Source: a virus
Virus record (IMG/VR): IMGVR_UViG_3300038856_000076
Span: 1-57,842 of that record
Strand: one strand, 5' to 3'
Length of the DNA stretch: 57,842 bases
In this document: positions 9,222-19,932 of the stretch, piece after piece
Numbering within the stretch: the stretch's first letter is position 1
Layout of the letters: each line of letters starts with the position of its first letter
Program-made: the position numbers and the translations under genes
The notes under the pieces: generated by a model
The model's input: only the letters and a program-made list of their open reading frames with translations
Databases searched by the model: none
What the model was told of the DNA's origin: nothing

Positions 9222-10480
9222 ACCAATTCCCCTTCAAATTCAATGACCACACTGCGTGCATTGCGTGCTGAATGAACAATATCAGTTTCTGGATTGGTAA
9301 TGATACCTCGCCACTGTCGGTTTTCCCAGTCAAGCAAACCAATTTCTTGCCCTAACGAATCTTGAAGAAATGTCAGAATGTTTAGTGCCTGTTGTGAACT
9401 TAATGCATCAATTTCCAATGTGAGTTGCTGAATCTTAGGCCACTTCGTGTCAGCAAATACAATCAGAGTGCCACCACGTGTTTCTCGATTGACACGATTG
9501 AAGGTCAATCGATCTTTGTTGGCAAAATTTGGGTTACGTAGAACCAAGGTTGTAGTTGGCGTCACATACGGGTAGGTTAGAGTCAATGTCTGGCTTGCCA
9601 GTGTCGGTACAATAACACTGGGTGGAGTATACTCGCCAGACCCTGATCCAACAAAAGGTGTATACAAACGCTCGGTACAGTCATTCAACAAAACATATGA
9701 GAGACCTTGTTGAATATTTAGTACATTAGCCCCTGACCGCTGGTAGATACCATTTGCATGCACTAACAGGGTCAAGTCTAATATGTCTAACGCACTATTG
9801 CCTTTACCAGCAACAACTGTTTGGACAAGAGCAAGTGTGTTCTCTGCGACAATTTTACGGACAGCTTCATCTGTCATAGTCAGTGTATCAGACACTGACA
9901 ATTCGATGATCAAACCAGCGGAGTCAACAATAACAAGTGCATCATTGACCGACTTGTTAATAATTGCAAGGTGACCCTCTGCCACATCAATAATCGACAT
10001 GTTGGCAGCGACAGCAAGATTTTTAGGCCCAGCAAACGTAACTGTTTGTTGGATACCAAGAGGATCATTGACACTTTCTTGTTTGATATTATTTGTGACA
10101 TCTTGTACAAGCAACAAAACATCAGTAACGTCTTGTTGAGCAAGTTCATGTAACACAGCAGCATCGTCAACGATAGCCAGTGTGTCAGTAATATTATGAA
10201 ACAGGTCTGCTGTTGCTGTGTCAATGATGACCAGCGTATCTGAACCTATACCTGTGATCTCCGTATCTAATGTCCCAGTCGCCACGTCTACAATGGCTAG
10301 TGTCTGTATAACACTAACATCGAATGCCGGCGTCAGCACTTCAACGTACTGACGTGTCAATCTAACTTTACCGTCACCGCCAGACGCCAATACTTCGCCA
10401 TATTGGCGCGTAAGACGGGTAGTACCGTTCCCACCAGAGGTAAGAACGTCCGAGTATTGGCGTGTTAAGCGAACAGACAT
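9218..10480 (-). CDS. tail fibre-like protein with N-terminal triplicated 16-aa repeat and beta-helix-like periodicity
   Basis: The N-terminus reads RLTRQYSDVLTSGGNGTT / RLTRQYGEVLASGGDGKV / RLTRQYVEVLTPAFD. It is followed by periodic (V/I)xDxAxGxL segments. Length is 420 aa. Confidence 0.5.
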   Translation of the reverse strand: MSVRLTRQYSDVLTSGGNGTTRLTRQYGEVLASGGDGKVRLTRQYVEVLTPAFDVSVIQTLAIVDVATGTLDTEITGIGSDTLVIIDTATADLFHNITDTLAIVDDAAVLHELAQQDVTDVLLLVQDVTNNIKQESVNDPLGIQQTVTFAGPKNLAVAANMSIIDVAEGHLAIINKSVNDALVIVDSAGLIIELSVSDTLTMTDEAVRKIVAENTLALVQTVVAGKGNSALDILDLTLLVHANGIYQRSGANVLNIQQGLSYVLLNDCTERLYTPFVGSGSGEYTPPSVIVPTLASQTLTLTYPYVTPTTTLVLRNPNFANKDRLTFNRVNRETRGGTLIVFADTKWPKIQQLTLEIDALSSQQALNILTFLQDSLGQEIGLLDWENRQWRGIITNPETDIVHSARNARSVVIEFEGELV

Positions 10481-10484
10481 TTGA

Positions 10485-11516
10485 TTATTCGATCTTTACA
10501 CCAAATTCAGCAGCATTGACTCCTGACTCTGTCCAAGCGGATGCAGTATCAGGGTCGGTCTCAATAATTCGCCGCTGATCGATGTAGTTTGTGGTACCTA
10601 TAGGTTGGGCTGAACCATCACTCTCAGTAGTATTTGAACGAGCAACTGTAAAGAGTGAAAACGGACTTGCATCAGTTTCACGTACCGTTGAATTTACTTG
10701 CACACCTAATATTGTTCCGACGTTACCCGGAATAGAGTCATAGGTATACAAGTCTTTATCAGCCGAGACGCTAGCCTCAACATAAGTGGAATCACCGTCT
10801 ATGGTAGTTTCATCCACCATCGCAGAATTATCACTTCCTGCACTTGGCGTCCAATCATTGGTATTTCCTTCGCCATCAGGGAAGATTGCTGCGACTTTTA
10901 CGTTACCAAGAAAGTCATCATTCACCCCACCTGATGTATCGGCTATGTACCAATCATCCCACCAGACAGTCAACGCACTGCTGCTTTTGCGAAGTGTGAT
11001 GCTTGTAACTTGAGCCGAACCACCATTTTGTGTGTCTTGACTGGTCAGATTAAGTACGGTTGCTTCACCAACACGTAGTTCAACAGCCCCGGCTGAGTTG
11101 TCAATTGTTACTTTTAATCCAATATGGTACCAATTATTTGCCAACAGATTTAGACCGGTAGTTGTTCCCAACAATGTTGTGTTTCGGTAAATGCCTAACT
11201 CACCATCCGATTGCAATCGCATAACGATGTGTGTCGTAGCACCATCCCGTAGCTCTAGTAAAAGCAAATTGTTGACAATAGAATCAACCTTGAGGGCAAA
11301 TCCAGTAACAATTGTCGCTGACGTACCTAGAGAAAATGAAGTTACTTCAATCGTACCACCATTGGTAGAACGGAGTGATTTTGATTCAGAAAATCGACCA
11401 TCATCAATTTCTAATAGAGTCTGATTTCCAGAAATAGTATAACGATTAGTTAGACCAACTGCGTCAGCATCATTTGTACGACCGTAGCCTTCAAATCCTT
11501 CGATAAGTAAAAGCAT
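10485..11516 (-). CDS. tail structural protein (hypothetical)
   Basis: 343-aa ORF with a T/S/G/N-rich beta-type composition, tightly packed in the tail block. Confidence 0.45.
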   Translation of the reverse strand: MLLLIEGFEGYGRTNDADAVGLTNRYTISGNQTLLEIDDGRFSESKSLRSTNGGTIEVTSFSLGTSATIVTGFALKVDSIVNNLLLLELRDGATTHIVMRLQSDGELGIYRNTTLLGTTTGLNLLANNWYHIGLKVTIDNSAGAVELRVGEATVLNLTSQDTQNGGSAQVTSITLRKSSSALTVWWDDWYIADTSGGVNDDFLGNVKVAAIFPDGEGNTNDWTPSAGSDNSAMVDETTIDGDSTYVEASVSADKDLYTYDSIPGNVGTILGVQVNSTVRETDASPFSLFTVARSNTTESDGSAQPIGTTNYIDQRRIIETDPDTASAWTESGVNAAEFGVKIE

Positions 11517-11534
11517 GAGTTTCTAACTCCGTGA

Positions 11535-12086
11535 TTAGCCACTGACCGTGTAGGTGACCTTCAACACATCATCGTCAACAACGGAAACGTTGCTGCTGAA
11601 TGCTGCTGTAGACCATAATGTACCAGTCGCACCACCCTTGGTGTTTTCACTGATAATGAAGATACCGTGGATCGTGTTAGTTGCGTTCATAGTGAAATCA
11701 ACAGACGTACCATTGGTAATGGCACGTCCAGATGCTGTGCCTTCAGTCCATTCAGGACGTGTTGCTTCATCATAGGCAGTATTTTCCGACCACCCACCAT
11801 GACTTGCAGATGTATCCCCCGCAGCAAACATGCTGAAGCCAGCATTATCCACTAACGCAATATACCAAGTTGTGATCTGAGAGGAAGCATGGAACATGAT
11901 GTCTAGTAGGGCATTCATGCCAACATCTGTGATACCATTCGGCACTTCAAACTTTTGAAGTACCTTACCTTTTCGGATATGCTCAATGATGAATTTGCCA
12001 CAAAGCTTTGTCTTATCGGCAATTTGAGCGCCACCACGGCGTTCAACAGAGCATCCGGCGTTTTGACGAATGTTCAGGGGGTCCAT
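11535..12086 (-). CDS. small tail protein, paralog A
   Basis: 183-aa protein that aligns along its full length with the adjacent 12206-12751 product. Shared segments include LLDIMFHASSQITTWY vs LLEIMFNAGTQITSWY and TRPEW...KVTYTVSG vs TRPEW...RVTYTVSA. Confidence 0.5.
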   Translation of the reverse strand: MDPLNIRQNAGCSVERRGGAQIADKTKLCGKFIIEHIRKGKVLQKFEVPNGITDVGMNALLDIMFHASSQITTWYIALVDNAGFSMFAAGDTSASHGGWSENTAYDEATRPEWTEGTASGRAITNGTSVDFTMNATNTIHGIFIISENTKGGATGTLWSTAAFSSNVSVVDDDVLKVTYTVSG

Positions 12087-12205
12087 TGTAGTTTGTACCT
12101 TTTGTCCCCGAGGTTTGATTTACACCTTGACATACGGGGTTATGTCGAGATGCTAATGTAAATGGAAGAGGAGCGACCGTGCTGCCTCTTCCGTGGCGAG
12201 GGAGA

Positions 12206-12751
12206 TTACGCACTCACCGTATATGTCACTCGTAATTGATCTCCGTTATTGACAGTAACATTCCCGCTACTGAAAAGGGCTGTTGCCCAAAGTATTGATC
12301 CGGCTTGATGGTCATCTTTCAATTCGGGGGCCGCGCCACCACCCACAGCAAACAACCCTCGAATAACACCTGATGCTGTGACATCGTAAACAGCGACAGT
12401 GGTATTCAAAATGACTTGTGAGGCTGCGGTATCCGGCCCCCACTCAGGGCGTGTGGTTGCATCATCCGCATTGTTACCATCAGTGTAATCAATGAATTCA
12501 TCCCAGCCGTTTCCGGCTTGATTGATGTCATCATATGTATCAGTGTCTGCTAAGGCAGTGAATCCGCTATTTGAAATCAGACCTAAATACCAACTAGTGA
12601 TCTGTGTTCCTGCATTGAACATAATTTCAAGTAGACTATTCTTGCCTTCATTGACAATACCATTGTTGAAATGGTATTCATTGATGCATCGACCATCACG
12701 AAAATGTTGGACGACCATCTTTCCTTTTAGATTCAAATTTGAAACAACCAT
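12206..12751 (-). CDS. small tail protein, paralog B
   Basis: The start is moved to Met39 of the track ORF (ATG at 12751). A GGAGAA RBS sits 7 nt upstream, immediately after the TMP stop at 12765. The product is then 181 aa, matching paralog A. Confidence 0.5.
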   Translation of the reverse strand: MVVSNLNLKGKMVVQHFRDGRCINEYHFNNGIVNEGKNSLLEIMFNAGTQITSWYLGLISNSGFTALADTDTYDDINQAGNGWDEFIDYTDGNNADDATTRPEWGPDTAASQVILNTTVAVYDVTASGVIRGLFAVGGGAAPELKDDHQAGSILWATALFSSGNVTVNNGDQLRVTYTVSA

Positions 12752-12764
12752 GATGGTTCTCCAT

Positions 12765-15700
12765 TTATAAGCGTGAGGTTCCACGTCGTAATTCACGACG
12801 AATCGCAACAGCAATTTCTCGACCCATATTGGACGTATTACCACCACGACGCGAGTCTGGAACATTCACATTGATATCACCGAAGTTAGTCACAGGACCA
12901 CCTTCTTGGCGATAGACAGGTTGAATACCAGCATTCAAAGCTTGTAGCTGTGAATAGAAACGGCGTGTCGAACGTGCATTGACGACAAATTCACCCGGTG
13001 ACAACATCGCTGGGATTGTATCAGTACCACGTGGAGCAAAACCACCATTGGCGAAATAATTAACTCGGCCACCTTGTGCAAAACGCGAGATACGACCTCC
13101 CAATGCAGCGTTTGCCACACTACCAGGGGTATTTAGATTCGTGTTGATCTGCGCTGATAAGGCAACAGCACGCTCAAGGTTTTGTGTGAATGAGGCTGAT
13201 GCATTTGGTATCGCTTGTAATTGTTGATTTATACCTTCAGCGTCTTGTAATGCCTTTGGCAAACCTTGCTGGTTTGCTGCACGTAGTCGGTTAATCAAAC
13301 CATCAATTTGTGCTCGTAATGCAGAAGTATTCAGGCGATCTCCAACATCGGATTCATCCAATAATGTTGTCAAGCGTTGTTGAATGTCATTCAATTGCGT
13401 CTCAACATCACCGAAACTCAAATTCTCTAGGTTATTACCAAGACCAATTGCATCTTGAGCTAATTCAATAAGGTTGTTTCTGAATTTTGTAGTTTGCTCA
13501 TTAGCTCCTCTGAACAAGAAAGATGTCACAGCATCGATTTCATTGAAATCAGAAGCTGCACCTTTAATTGCAGCTTGTCCCGCAATGTCTCTTGCACGTT
13601 GGTTATCTCGGTTCTGCAAACTAAATGTTAGATCATCTTTTGCAATCTGAGAAGCTTCAACTAATTGGTTAATAACTTGTTGTAGCTGCTCAGAACCAAT
13701 CAAAGACAAATCAATCTCAGCATTGAATTTTAGACCTTGAGCATTGAGTGTATTTTGAGCTAATTGTACGCCAGTGATAATTGCAGCCGCTGATTCAGTT
13801 ACAAATCTCTCATTAAGAGCATCAAGTTTTGCACCACCTAGTAGTTCACCGAGGGTGTTACTTAAATTGGCACTCTGTAACTCATCTTGAAGACTTTCTG
13901 TGAAGGAACTAAAATCAATTAATTGTCGGAAATCTAATCCACCACCAGCCTGAAGTGCATTTCGACCAAATGCTAATTCCGGCGTGATGTCCGAAATTTC
14001 TTCACGAGCCCGGCGTAATGCTTCAATTCGATCAGCAGGGTTATCAGCTTGTTGAAATACACGGATAGCTTCTTTTGCTTCGTCAACCTGACGATTCAAT
14101 TCAGCGACACGTGCTTTTTCAACTTTCAAAACAGCTTCGGCGTCAGTTTGAATCTGACGCTGTGTAGCTGCGAATTGTTGCTCAGAGCGTAATGTCTGTT
14201 GTGACAAACGTTGACGAGTCTGGAAGATTTTATTTTGGAGTGACAAGTTTCCTGTAGATTCAGCAATTGCTTCTGCTTCTTGTAGAAAGCTGTCAGCACG
14301 TTGTAACTGACCAATAGCAGATTGTGCCCCTTGGTCATCTTGTGCTTCAGCCAGCGCACGATTAGCTTGCGCGGCGATTTGAGCACCACGTGCTTCGAGT
14401 GCAAACACCTTTTGTTGCTCACCGGCTCGTTTGATACTCTGTTGAAAAGCACGATCAGAGATCGTATCTCTTAGACTTGTCTGTCGTTCAATCGACGAAG
14501 TTTGCGCTTTTTCAGCCGAGTCACGTTGATCTTCAAGACTGTTGAGTAAATCACGATTTGCTTTGACTAACGCATCAAACAGTCTTTCAGTGTCGGTTAA
14601 TATGGCATCATTCGTATCAATGAAGATTCTTTCACGTTCAGTCTCTTGTCGTCTAAGTTGATTCAAAGATTCTTGTTGTGCTTTTGTGATCTTACGAATG
14701 TTGTTCAACGAATTTTGTGTGTTTCGTCGATCAATATCTGCATCTTGACCAATACTACCATCAATTAATTGCTTTGAAAGTGTCTTCGCAGCTTGGTCAC
14801 CAGCCTCTTTTGCCTTTTTATTCAAAGAATCAATTAAGCCTTCACCAATTTGAAAACCGGCGGTAAAGCCCACTGCAATCAATGTTGCTGCATTCAATAA
14901 CAACAAGGATTTTCGAGCAAACGCAGCATTCAGCCCTAATATACGCAACGAACGATAGGCAGTTATGGTTGCTTTTGATAGAGTTGCAGTTGAAAATGTG
15001 CTAAGCTTTGCAGCAGCAGCGTAACCCACCAGAGCCAATGCGGCCGCACCACCAGCCGTAGCTATAGTAATTAAAGCTGGTCCTAATACAGTAACAGCCG
15101 TTCCAAATGAACTAGCAGCATCAACTGCGTTCAAGAAATTATTGATTGTAGCAAGAATTGCTTGACCAAGATCGACAGTCAAGGTGTTGCTGATTCTATT
15201 CAATTGTGATTCAACTTGTTCCGCATTTGTTTCCAAACGGATATCAAGTTTTTCACGTAACAAATCACTAGAAGATTGACGCAACACATCAACAGTATCA
15301 TTTAATGTTTTACCATCCTTACGAGCCAAGACCAAAGCACCAGACAAACCACGAACACGAGGAATAAGTTTAGCCAATTCCGTAGTATTACCGCCTGTTG
15401 CCTTTTGCAACAGGCCCATAGCACCGGCTAATCCCAAAGTCTGAATTGCTTGCTCGCCGGTTTCAAAACCAGCTTCACGTAATACTTCAGTCATCGCAGC
15501 AGTTGGCTTGATGAAGCCGTTAATAATACCACGCAATTGAGTGGCAGCTTTTGCTGCATCTAAACCATTGATTGTAATTGTTGCAAATGCCGCAGCAGCT
15601 TCTTCAAATTCAATACCCGCCTCTCCAGCAAGAGTAGCAACAGTACCGAAACTTGTAGCTAAATCAGAAACAGTAACACGTCCTAAACGAACAGTTTCAA

Positions 15701-16523
15701 AGAATACTGCCGCAATTCGGTTAGCATCGGCAGCATCTAATTGAAATGCATTGATTGTACCTGTCATCAAATCGACGGTATCAGATAACTTAGCAACACC
15801 AACCTTAGCTAAATTAGCAGAAGTTTCAAGAACTTGGATTTGATTTGCAGCACCTTGAATTTGATTAGAGATGATTTGATACAAACCTTCTTGTACTTCG
15901 CCCAAAGGTTGATTGAAAGCATCTGAAATACGACGAACAGAGGCTGCTACTTCATCAAATGTTTCAAATGAGCCATTGGCGATGGACTGAATTTCTGCAA
16001 CTCGTTTCTGAAATTCAATTGCACCCGCTGTAGCATCTTTTAGCCCTTGTAAGAAACCAGCAAACAACCGAACAGTCAATTGAGTCGTGATAATTCGACC
16101 TAAAGTAGCAAACCCAACAGTCAACTTAGCTACTTGAGGGCGCGCAGCACCAGCCGCAGCCCCAACTCCACGAGTTGATGACGCGGCACGTGTATTTGCA
16201 GCATTAGTGTTTACAGCTTGACTAGCTTGTTTGTTTAGAGAGTTACCAAATTGATCAACGAGACCCGTTGTTCGTTGAACATTAGCAACTGCTTGTTGAG
16301 GGATCAAACCTCCACGTAGAGACCCTTGTAGATTACCGGCTGCGCCGGCGATTCTGTTTAGAGTTGATTCAACACCAGAAGCATTACGGTTGAAAGAACT
16401 TAATGAACGACCAAATGCCTCAAGGGATGTACGTGATGACTCTAATGATTTATCGAGTCTACCTAACTCATTGATAGCATTAGATGCATCAAATGTCAGT
16501 TGTTGTCTGATTTCATCAGCCAT
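12765..16523 (-). CDS. tail tape measure protein
   Basis: 1252 aa and Q/A/L-rich with long predicted coiled coils. It has a central hydrophobic glycine-zipper/TM stretch (…GPALITIATAGGAAALALVGYAAAA…). It sits between chaperone-like genes and the distal tail genes. Confidence 0.75.
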   Translation of the reverse strand: MADEIRQQLTFDASNAINELGRLDKSLESSRTSLEAFGRSLSSFNRNASGVESTLNRIAGAAGNLQGSLRGGLIPQQAVANVQRTTGLVDQFGNSLNKQASQAVNTNAANTRAASSTRGVGAAAGAARPQVAKLTVGFATLGRIITTQLTVRLFAGFLQGLKDATAGAIEFQKRVAEIQSIANGSFETFDEVAASVRRISDAFNQPLGEVQEGLYQIISNQIQGAANQIQVLETSANLAKVGVAKLSDTVDLMTGTINAFQLDAADANRIAAVFFETVRLGRVTVSDLATSFGTVATLAGEAGIEFEEAAAAFATITINGLDAAKAATQLRGIINGFIKPTAAMTEVLREAGFETGEQAIQTLGLAGAMGLLQKATGGNTTELAKLIPRVRGLSGALVLARKDGKTLNDTVDVLRQSSSDLLREKLDIRLETNAEQVESQLNRISNTLTVDLGQAILATINNFLNAVDAASSFGTAVTVLGPALITIATAGGAAALALVGYAAAAKLSTFSTATLSKATITAYRSLRILGLNAAFARKSLLLLNAATLIAVGFTAGFQIGEGLIDSLNKKAKEAGDQAAKTLSKQLIDGSIGQDADIDRRNTQNSLNNIRKITKAQQESLNQLRRQETERERIFIDTNDAILTDTERLFDALVKANRDLLNSLEDQRDSAEKAQTSSIERQTSLRDTISDRAFQQSIKRAGEQQKVFALEARGAQIAAQANRALAEAQDDQGAQSAIGQLQRADSFLQEAEAIAESTGNLSLQNKIFQTRQRLSQQTLRSEQQFAATQRQIQTDAEAVLKVEKARVAELNRQVDEAKEAIRVFQQADNPADRIEALRRAREEISDITPELAFGRNALQAGGGLDFRQLIDFSSFTESLQDELQSANLSNTLGELLGGAKLDALNERFVTESAAAIITGVQLAQNTLNAQGLKFNAEIDLSLIGSEQLQQVINQLVEASQIAKDDLTFSLQNRDNQRARDIAGQAAIKGAASDFNEIDAVTSFLFRGANEQTTKFRNNLIELAQDAIGLGNNLENLSFGDVETQLNDIQQRLTTLLDESDVGDRLNTSALRAQIDGLINRLRAANQQGLPKALQDAEGINQQLQAIPNASASFTQNLERAVALSAQINTNLNTPGSVANAALGGRISRFAQGGRVNYFANGGFAPRGTDTIPAMLSPGEFVVNARSTRRFYSQLQALNAGIQPVYRQEGGPVTNFGDINVNVPDSRRGGNTSNMGREIAVAIRRELRRGTSRL

Positions 16524-16998
16524 ACGTGCGGCCCTTTATGGTAATTTTCAAGTCAGTCAGTGAAGCATTTTGTGCAACTTGCCGCCATGCCTCTAATGCT
16601 GCTTGTCGAAAATTGTAGGGAGTCGGTGTCTTTAGATTCGGATTATCTGATACGGTTGTCTCATTTTCAATTAGGTGCTCTAAAGTGGTCGTATAAGTAA
16701 AGCTATAGAATCCCTTTTTTGGATCAATTTCAAGATCACCTGTGCCGGTCGAGCGTCCTAAGCCTCTGCGGTCAGGAGCATGTGGCACAGGTGAAATTGA
16801 AATTGCAAAATTCACTCGTGACGCTAAGTCTTGGAATGTACTGCGAGCCGCACCAGACCATACTGGTACTTTGCTTGTTCCAGCTTGCAACCATACCTTT
16901 GCTGATTCAACCAACAAATCTCGCAATTGTATATCTAGCTTTTGCTTGAATTGTTGAAGGTTGAGTGAGGGTAATTGAAATTTCCCTTTGAACTTCAT
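16516..16998 (-). CDS. tail assembly protein (hypothetical)
   Basis: 160-aa ORF directly upstream of the TMP, overlapping it by 8 nt. Confidence 0.4.
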   Translation of the reverse strand: MKFKGKFQLPSLNLQQFKQKLDIQLRDLLVESAKVWLQAGTSKVPVWSGAARSTFQDLASRVNFAISISPVPHAPDRRGLGRSTGTGDLEIDPKKGFYSFTYTTTLEHLIENETTVSDNPNLKTPTPYNFRQAALEAWRQVAQNASLTDLKITIKGRTYG

Positions 16999-17163
16999 TG
17001 GTCAGAAACACCTATCCAGTCATTCGTTTGGTCAATTTAATACCAGCAAATGCTGCCTCTTTTTCATTTGAGTCATGCGACACAATCTGATCATAAGCCA
17101 GCAACTGAGCCTGTTGGATAGCTGTTAAGCCATCCCAAATATTTTCTGTAATACCTGGGGGCT

Positions 17164-17718
17164 TTATTCCGAATCGTTCACAGGCTCGCCAGATGGCATA
17201 TTGCTCTGTTCGGAATTTTGGGAAGAGAGTTCTTTTGCTACCTGCTCCTGACCATGTACAAAAAGCGATCTCGCTTGTTCAAGCTTAGCTTCATCAAGCT
17301 GGTTCACTTCAAAGCACAAATGTAGAATCAAGTTGCATTCATGTTGGGTAAAACCAGCATTTTTGAAGTCTTGCTCCCATTTCAACCATGTTGCAGGTAA
17401 ATCGGGATTGACAGTGGACCATTCGATTTCTTGTAAAGAAGCGACAACGAAATAAGCCACACGAAGCTTTGAATAACGCTCCATGTCTTTGACAAAAGTT
17501 GGGTCTTCCAAGTCGGTGACCCATCCTTTGCCCTTATGGAAGTTCTTCTTTGGCTTTGGGGCAGGGACACGGGTATTGAAATCCTCCATATCAGAGATAG
17601 CCCGTGCTGTAAGTACAATGTGTGTTTTACGGCGAGGTAGAACCAATACATCCTCATTCGGTTCAGATAGTTCACCAGTAATTGCGACACCACCAATTTT
17701 CATATTGTAATCTCCCAA
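17164..17718 (-). CDS. tail assembly chaperone-like protein
   Basis: 184 aa, with an acidic C-terminal tail typical of gpG-like chaperones. It lies between the major tail protein and the TMP. A GGAG RBS is present upstream. Confidence 0.4.
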   Translation of the reverse strand: MGDYNMKIGGVAITGELSEPNEDVLVLPRRKTHIVLTARAISDMEDFNTRVPAPKPKKNFHKGKGWVTDLEDPTFVKDMERYSKLRVAYFVVASLQEIEWSTVNPDLPATWLKWEQDFKNAGFTQHECNLILHLCFEVNQLDEAKLEQARSLFVHGQEQVAKELSSQNSEQSNMPSGEPVNDSE

Positions 17719-17721
17719 GAG

Positions 17722-17760
17722 TAAAAAGAAAGGCGGGCCGGGCCTTAACCCGGCCCGCCT
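17722..17760 (-). terminator. intrinsic terminator after the major tail protein gene
   Basis: A perfect 12-bp GC-rich inverted repeat aggcgggccggg / cccggcccgcct (17731-17742, 17749-17760) with a 6-nt loop. On the - transcript it is followed by UUCUUUUU. Confidence 0.6.
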
Positions 17761-17780
17761 AAAACGTCAGTTAATCCAAC

Positions 17781-18884
17781 TTAGACAGTCGGACGAGTGA
17801 TCGCTGGTTCTGTTGCATTGCAACGGCCAGTCGAAGAAATCGTCGCTTCATCCAAATCAAATTCCAAACTGTCATATCGGAAGTCTGGGAATACAGTAAG
17901 TTCCCGCTTCAATAGACAAGATGGGTTGTTGTCAAGTTCGATGTCAACGGCATACGGTTCACACAAGTCCGAAGATGTTGAAGTGAATTCAGCCGCACCG
18001 CCCGTGCCCTTCAATGCATCCACAGGGGTAATAGCTTCGCCAGTACCAGTGGTCACAAAGTCATACACAAAGTCAAGAGTGACTTCCATTGGTTGATCAT
18101 CACCCTGACGCACTGTGTCAAGAACACCACGATCTAATTCGTATTCGTATTCTTTGTTCTCAGTGTACGTCAAGTTACCATCACCAATGGTTACTTCGAC
18201 TTCAATTGGAGCCCAAGTAATGGTGTCATCATCAGCAGGGGTAGGAGTACCCCAAGCTGGCGAGAAGGTGATGTTAGTCACTTGATCAACAAACTCACCC
18301 TCAAGTGTTGTGGTGAAAGCTTCACTACCACCACCTGTCAGGCCAGTACCATCTACAGTCATTGCAGGATGATTAGCAGCAGCTACACTGGTGCCATCGA
18401 AAGTGAAGGTCGTTGGATTCATATCAGCGGTACCAGCACCACCAACAGTAATATCACCAGGGGCGTAAGTTGGCAATGTCGCCATTGCAGTGTCCACAAT
18501 AGTTTGAATAGCAGCAGGGGCTGCATCAAACGGAATTGCACCAGTGGTGAAAGGACCGACACCATCAGGATCGGCACTCGCATCGAGTGTAATCGTGACT
18601 GTGAAAGTACCTGCTGATGCACCAGAGGCAGATAGAGATTGAATTTCATCCACGCCGGCACTCAATACACGAGCCGTAACTGTGTATTCAGTTGTATTTC
18701 CGGCAGTCGAGACAGTGAAACGAGCACCAACAGGTACCTTCACTGAATTCGGACGATTTGTTACAATTGTATCGATGTCTACATCGGTATCACTTGCACC
18801 AGGAACCGACTCGTTGATTAGAGCCGTACCTGACAAACCATCCTTAATGGTGATCGTTGCGTTACGCAAGTCGATACGTGCCAT
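17781..18884 (-). CDS. major tail protein (with T/A/G-rich Ig-like extension)
   Basis: 367-aa ORF upstream of the chaperone-like genes and the TMP. It is followed by a strong terminator, consistent with a highly expressed structural gene. Confidence 0.55.
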   Translation of the reverse strand: MARIDLRNATITIKDGLSGTALINESVPGASDTDVDIDTIVTNRPNSVKVPVGARFTVSTAGNTTEYTVTARVLSAGVDEIQSLSASGASAGTFTVTITLDASADPDGVGPFTTGAIPFDAAPAAIQTIVDTAMATLPTYAPGDITVGGAGTADMNPTTFTFDGTSVAAANHPAMTVDGTGLTGGGSEAFTTTLEGEFVDQVTNITFSPAWGTPTPADDDTITWAPIEVEVTIGDGNLTYTENKEYEYELDRGVLDTVRQGDDQPMEVTLDFVYDFVTTGTGEAITPVDALKGTGGAAEFTSTSSDLCEPYAVDIELDNNPSCLLKRELTVFPDFRYDSLEFDLDEATISSTGRCNATEPAITRPTV

Positions 18885-18907
18885 ATTAGGTTTCTCCCGA
18901 GTAAGGG

Positions 18908-19408
18908 TTAGTCACGGAGATACATGACGTATCTTGCATCTACCTGTGATTGTTTTATACGATCAGTTGGGTTGATTTGGCCAAAATGAAGTGTTCGTAC
19001 ACTATCAAGTCGGCCCGACCTCGGTCTAAGCACTCCGAGTAGGCTTCCATCATCTTCAACATCAATGTTACCATACCGATAAACATTGATACACGTGTCG
19101 GCAAACTGATGAAATTTACCGGTGTTAATTTCAAGGGCAAAACGATTCTTAATCGTTCCATCCATGTTTGACGTTATGAGAATATTTGTATCCATCCAAA
19201 TACGCCAGTACCCCCTACTTAATTCGCGCGTGAATGGTCCGTTCATTCGTAGCTCGGCTCTATCAGGAGCACTTTCAAATGAATCTTTGCGATCATCCAG
19301 TCCCTCGACCAAAAATGGGAGTGATGCTGGTGTCGTTACGTTGACCTTAAAATGATCGGCTAATGATGAGATGATCCATCTGGTCCAATGCGGATTAGGT
19401 TGCGACAT
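18908..19408 (-). CDS. tail terminator / head-tail joining protein (hypothetical)
   Basis: 166-aa ORF immediately upstream of the major tail protein. The role is assigned from position only. Confidence 0.4.
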   Translation of the reverse strand: MSQPNPHWTRWIISSLADHFKVNVTTPASLPFLVEGLDDRKDSFESAPDRAELRMNGPFTRELSRGYWRIWMDTNILITSNMDGTIKNRFALEINTGKFHQFADTCINVYRYGNIDVEDDGSLLGVLRPRSGRLDSVRTLHFGQINPTDRIKQSQVDARYVMYLRD

Positions 19409-19420
19409 GTGATAGCTCCA

Positions 19421-19930
19421 TTATATTGTCGAACCTTGACTCATTCTGATAAAGTTGTCTGCTTTCAGGAGAAATATCTGTTCAGGGACATCTCCTATGA
19501 CAGCTTGTGCTGTAATGGCCCAAGCTGCATCAAATTCGATTAACTCAAAGTTTTTGATTTCATACTTAATTCCGTTGTATACAATCCAATCATCTTCAGT
19601 CAATTGAAATTCTTTCAATGACAATTCAGGGACATTTCTGCGATCTATGATAAACAACCGGGTATTGTTATCATACGTACCACCGATTGTAAATGTCTTA
19701 TTTGCACTGATGACGTTAATTGGACGATCCGATTTGCGAATCACTTTAGCTGTCAAAATAATCGCACGCCGAACGTTGATTACTTCTTTATTGATAGTGA
19801 CTTCGCCAGTCAAGTGGTCAGTTGACCCACCCAAACGTCGATAAATATCGATATCACCGCCATATTCACGCTTGAGCATGTATAAGGCTTGTAAGATTAG
19901 TCGATTCAAATTTTGGTTAGGTCGGGACAT
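19421..19930 (-). CDS. head-tail joining protein (hypothetical)
   Basis: 169-aa ORF in the neck gene cluster. Confidence 0.4.
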   Translation of the reverse strand: MSRPNQNLNRLILQALYMLKREYGGDIDIYRRLGGSTDHLTGEVTINKEVINVRRAIILTAKVIRKSDRPINVISANKTFTIGGTYDNNTRLFIIDRRNVPELSLKEFQLTEDDWIVYNGIKYEIKNFELIEFDAAWAITAQAVIGDVPEQIFLLKADNFIRMSQGSTI

Positions 19931-19932
19931 GA

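Noticed and set aside
9910-10224. Antisense/shadow ORFs inside large structural genes (e.g. 9910-10224, 14126-14452, 22996-23386, 24086-24463)
   Set aside because: They are fully embedded opposite or out of frame within long, well-supported genes, and their low-complexity translations are typical of shadow ORFs.
16516-17718. Programmed -1 frameshift between the two chaperone-like genes upstream of the TMP (gpG/gpGT-like)
   Set aside because: The two ORFs are in the same reading frame (start coordinates differ by a multiple of 3) and are separated by an in-frame stop and a 165-nt gap. No slippery heptamer with a -1 overlap could be identified.
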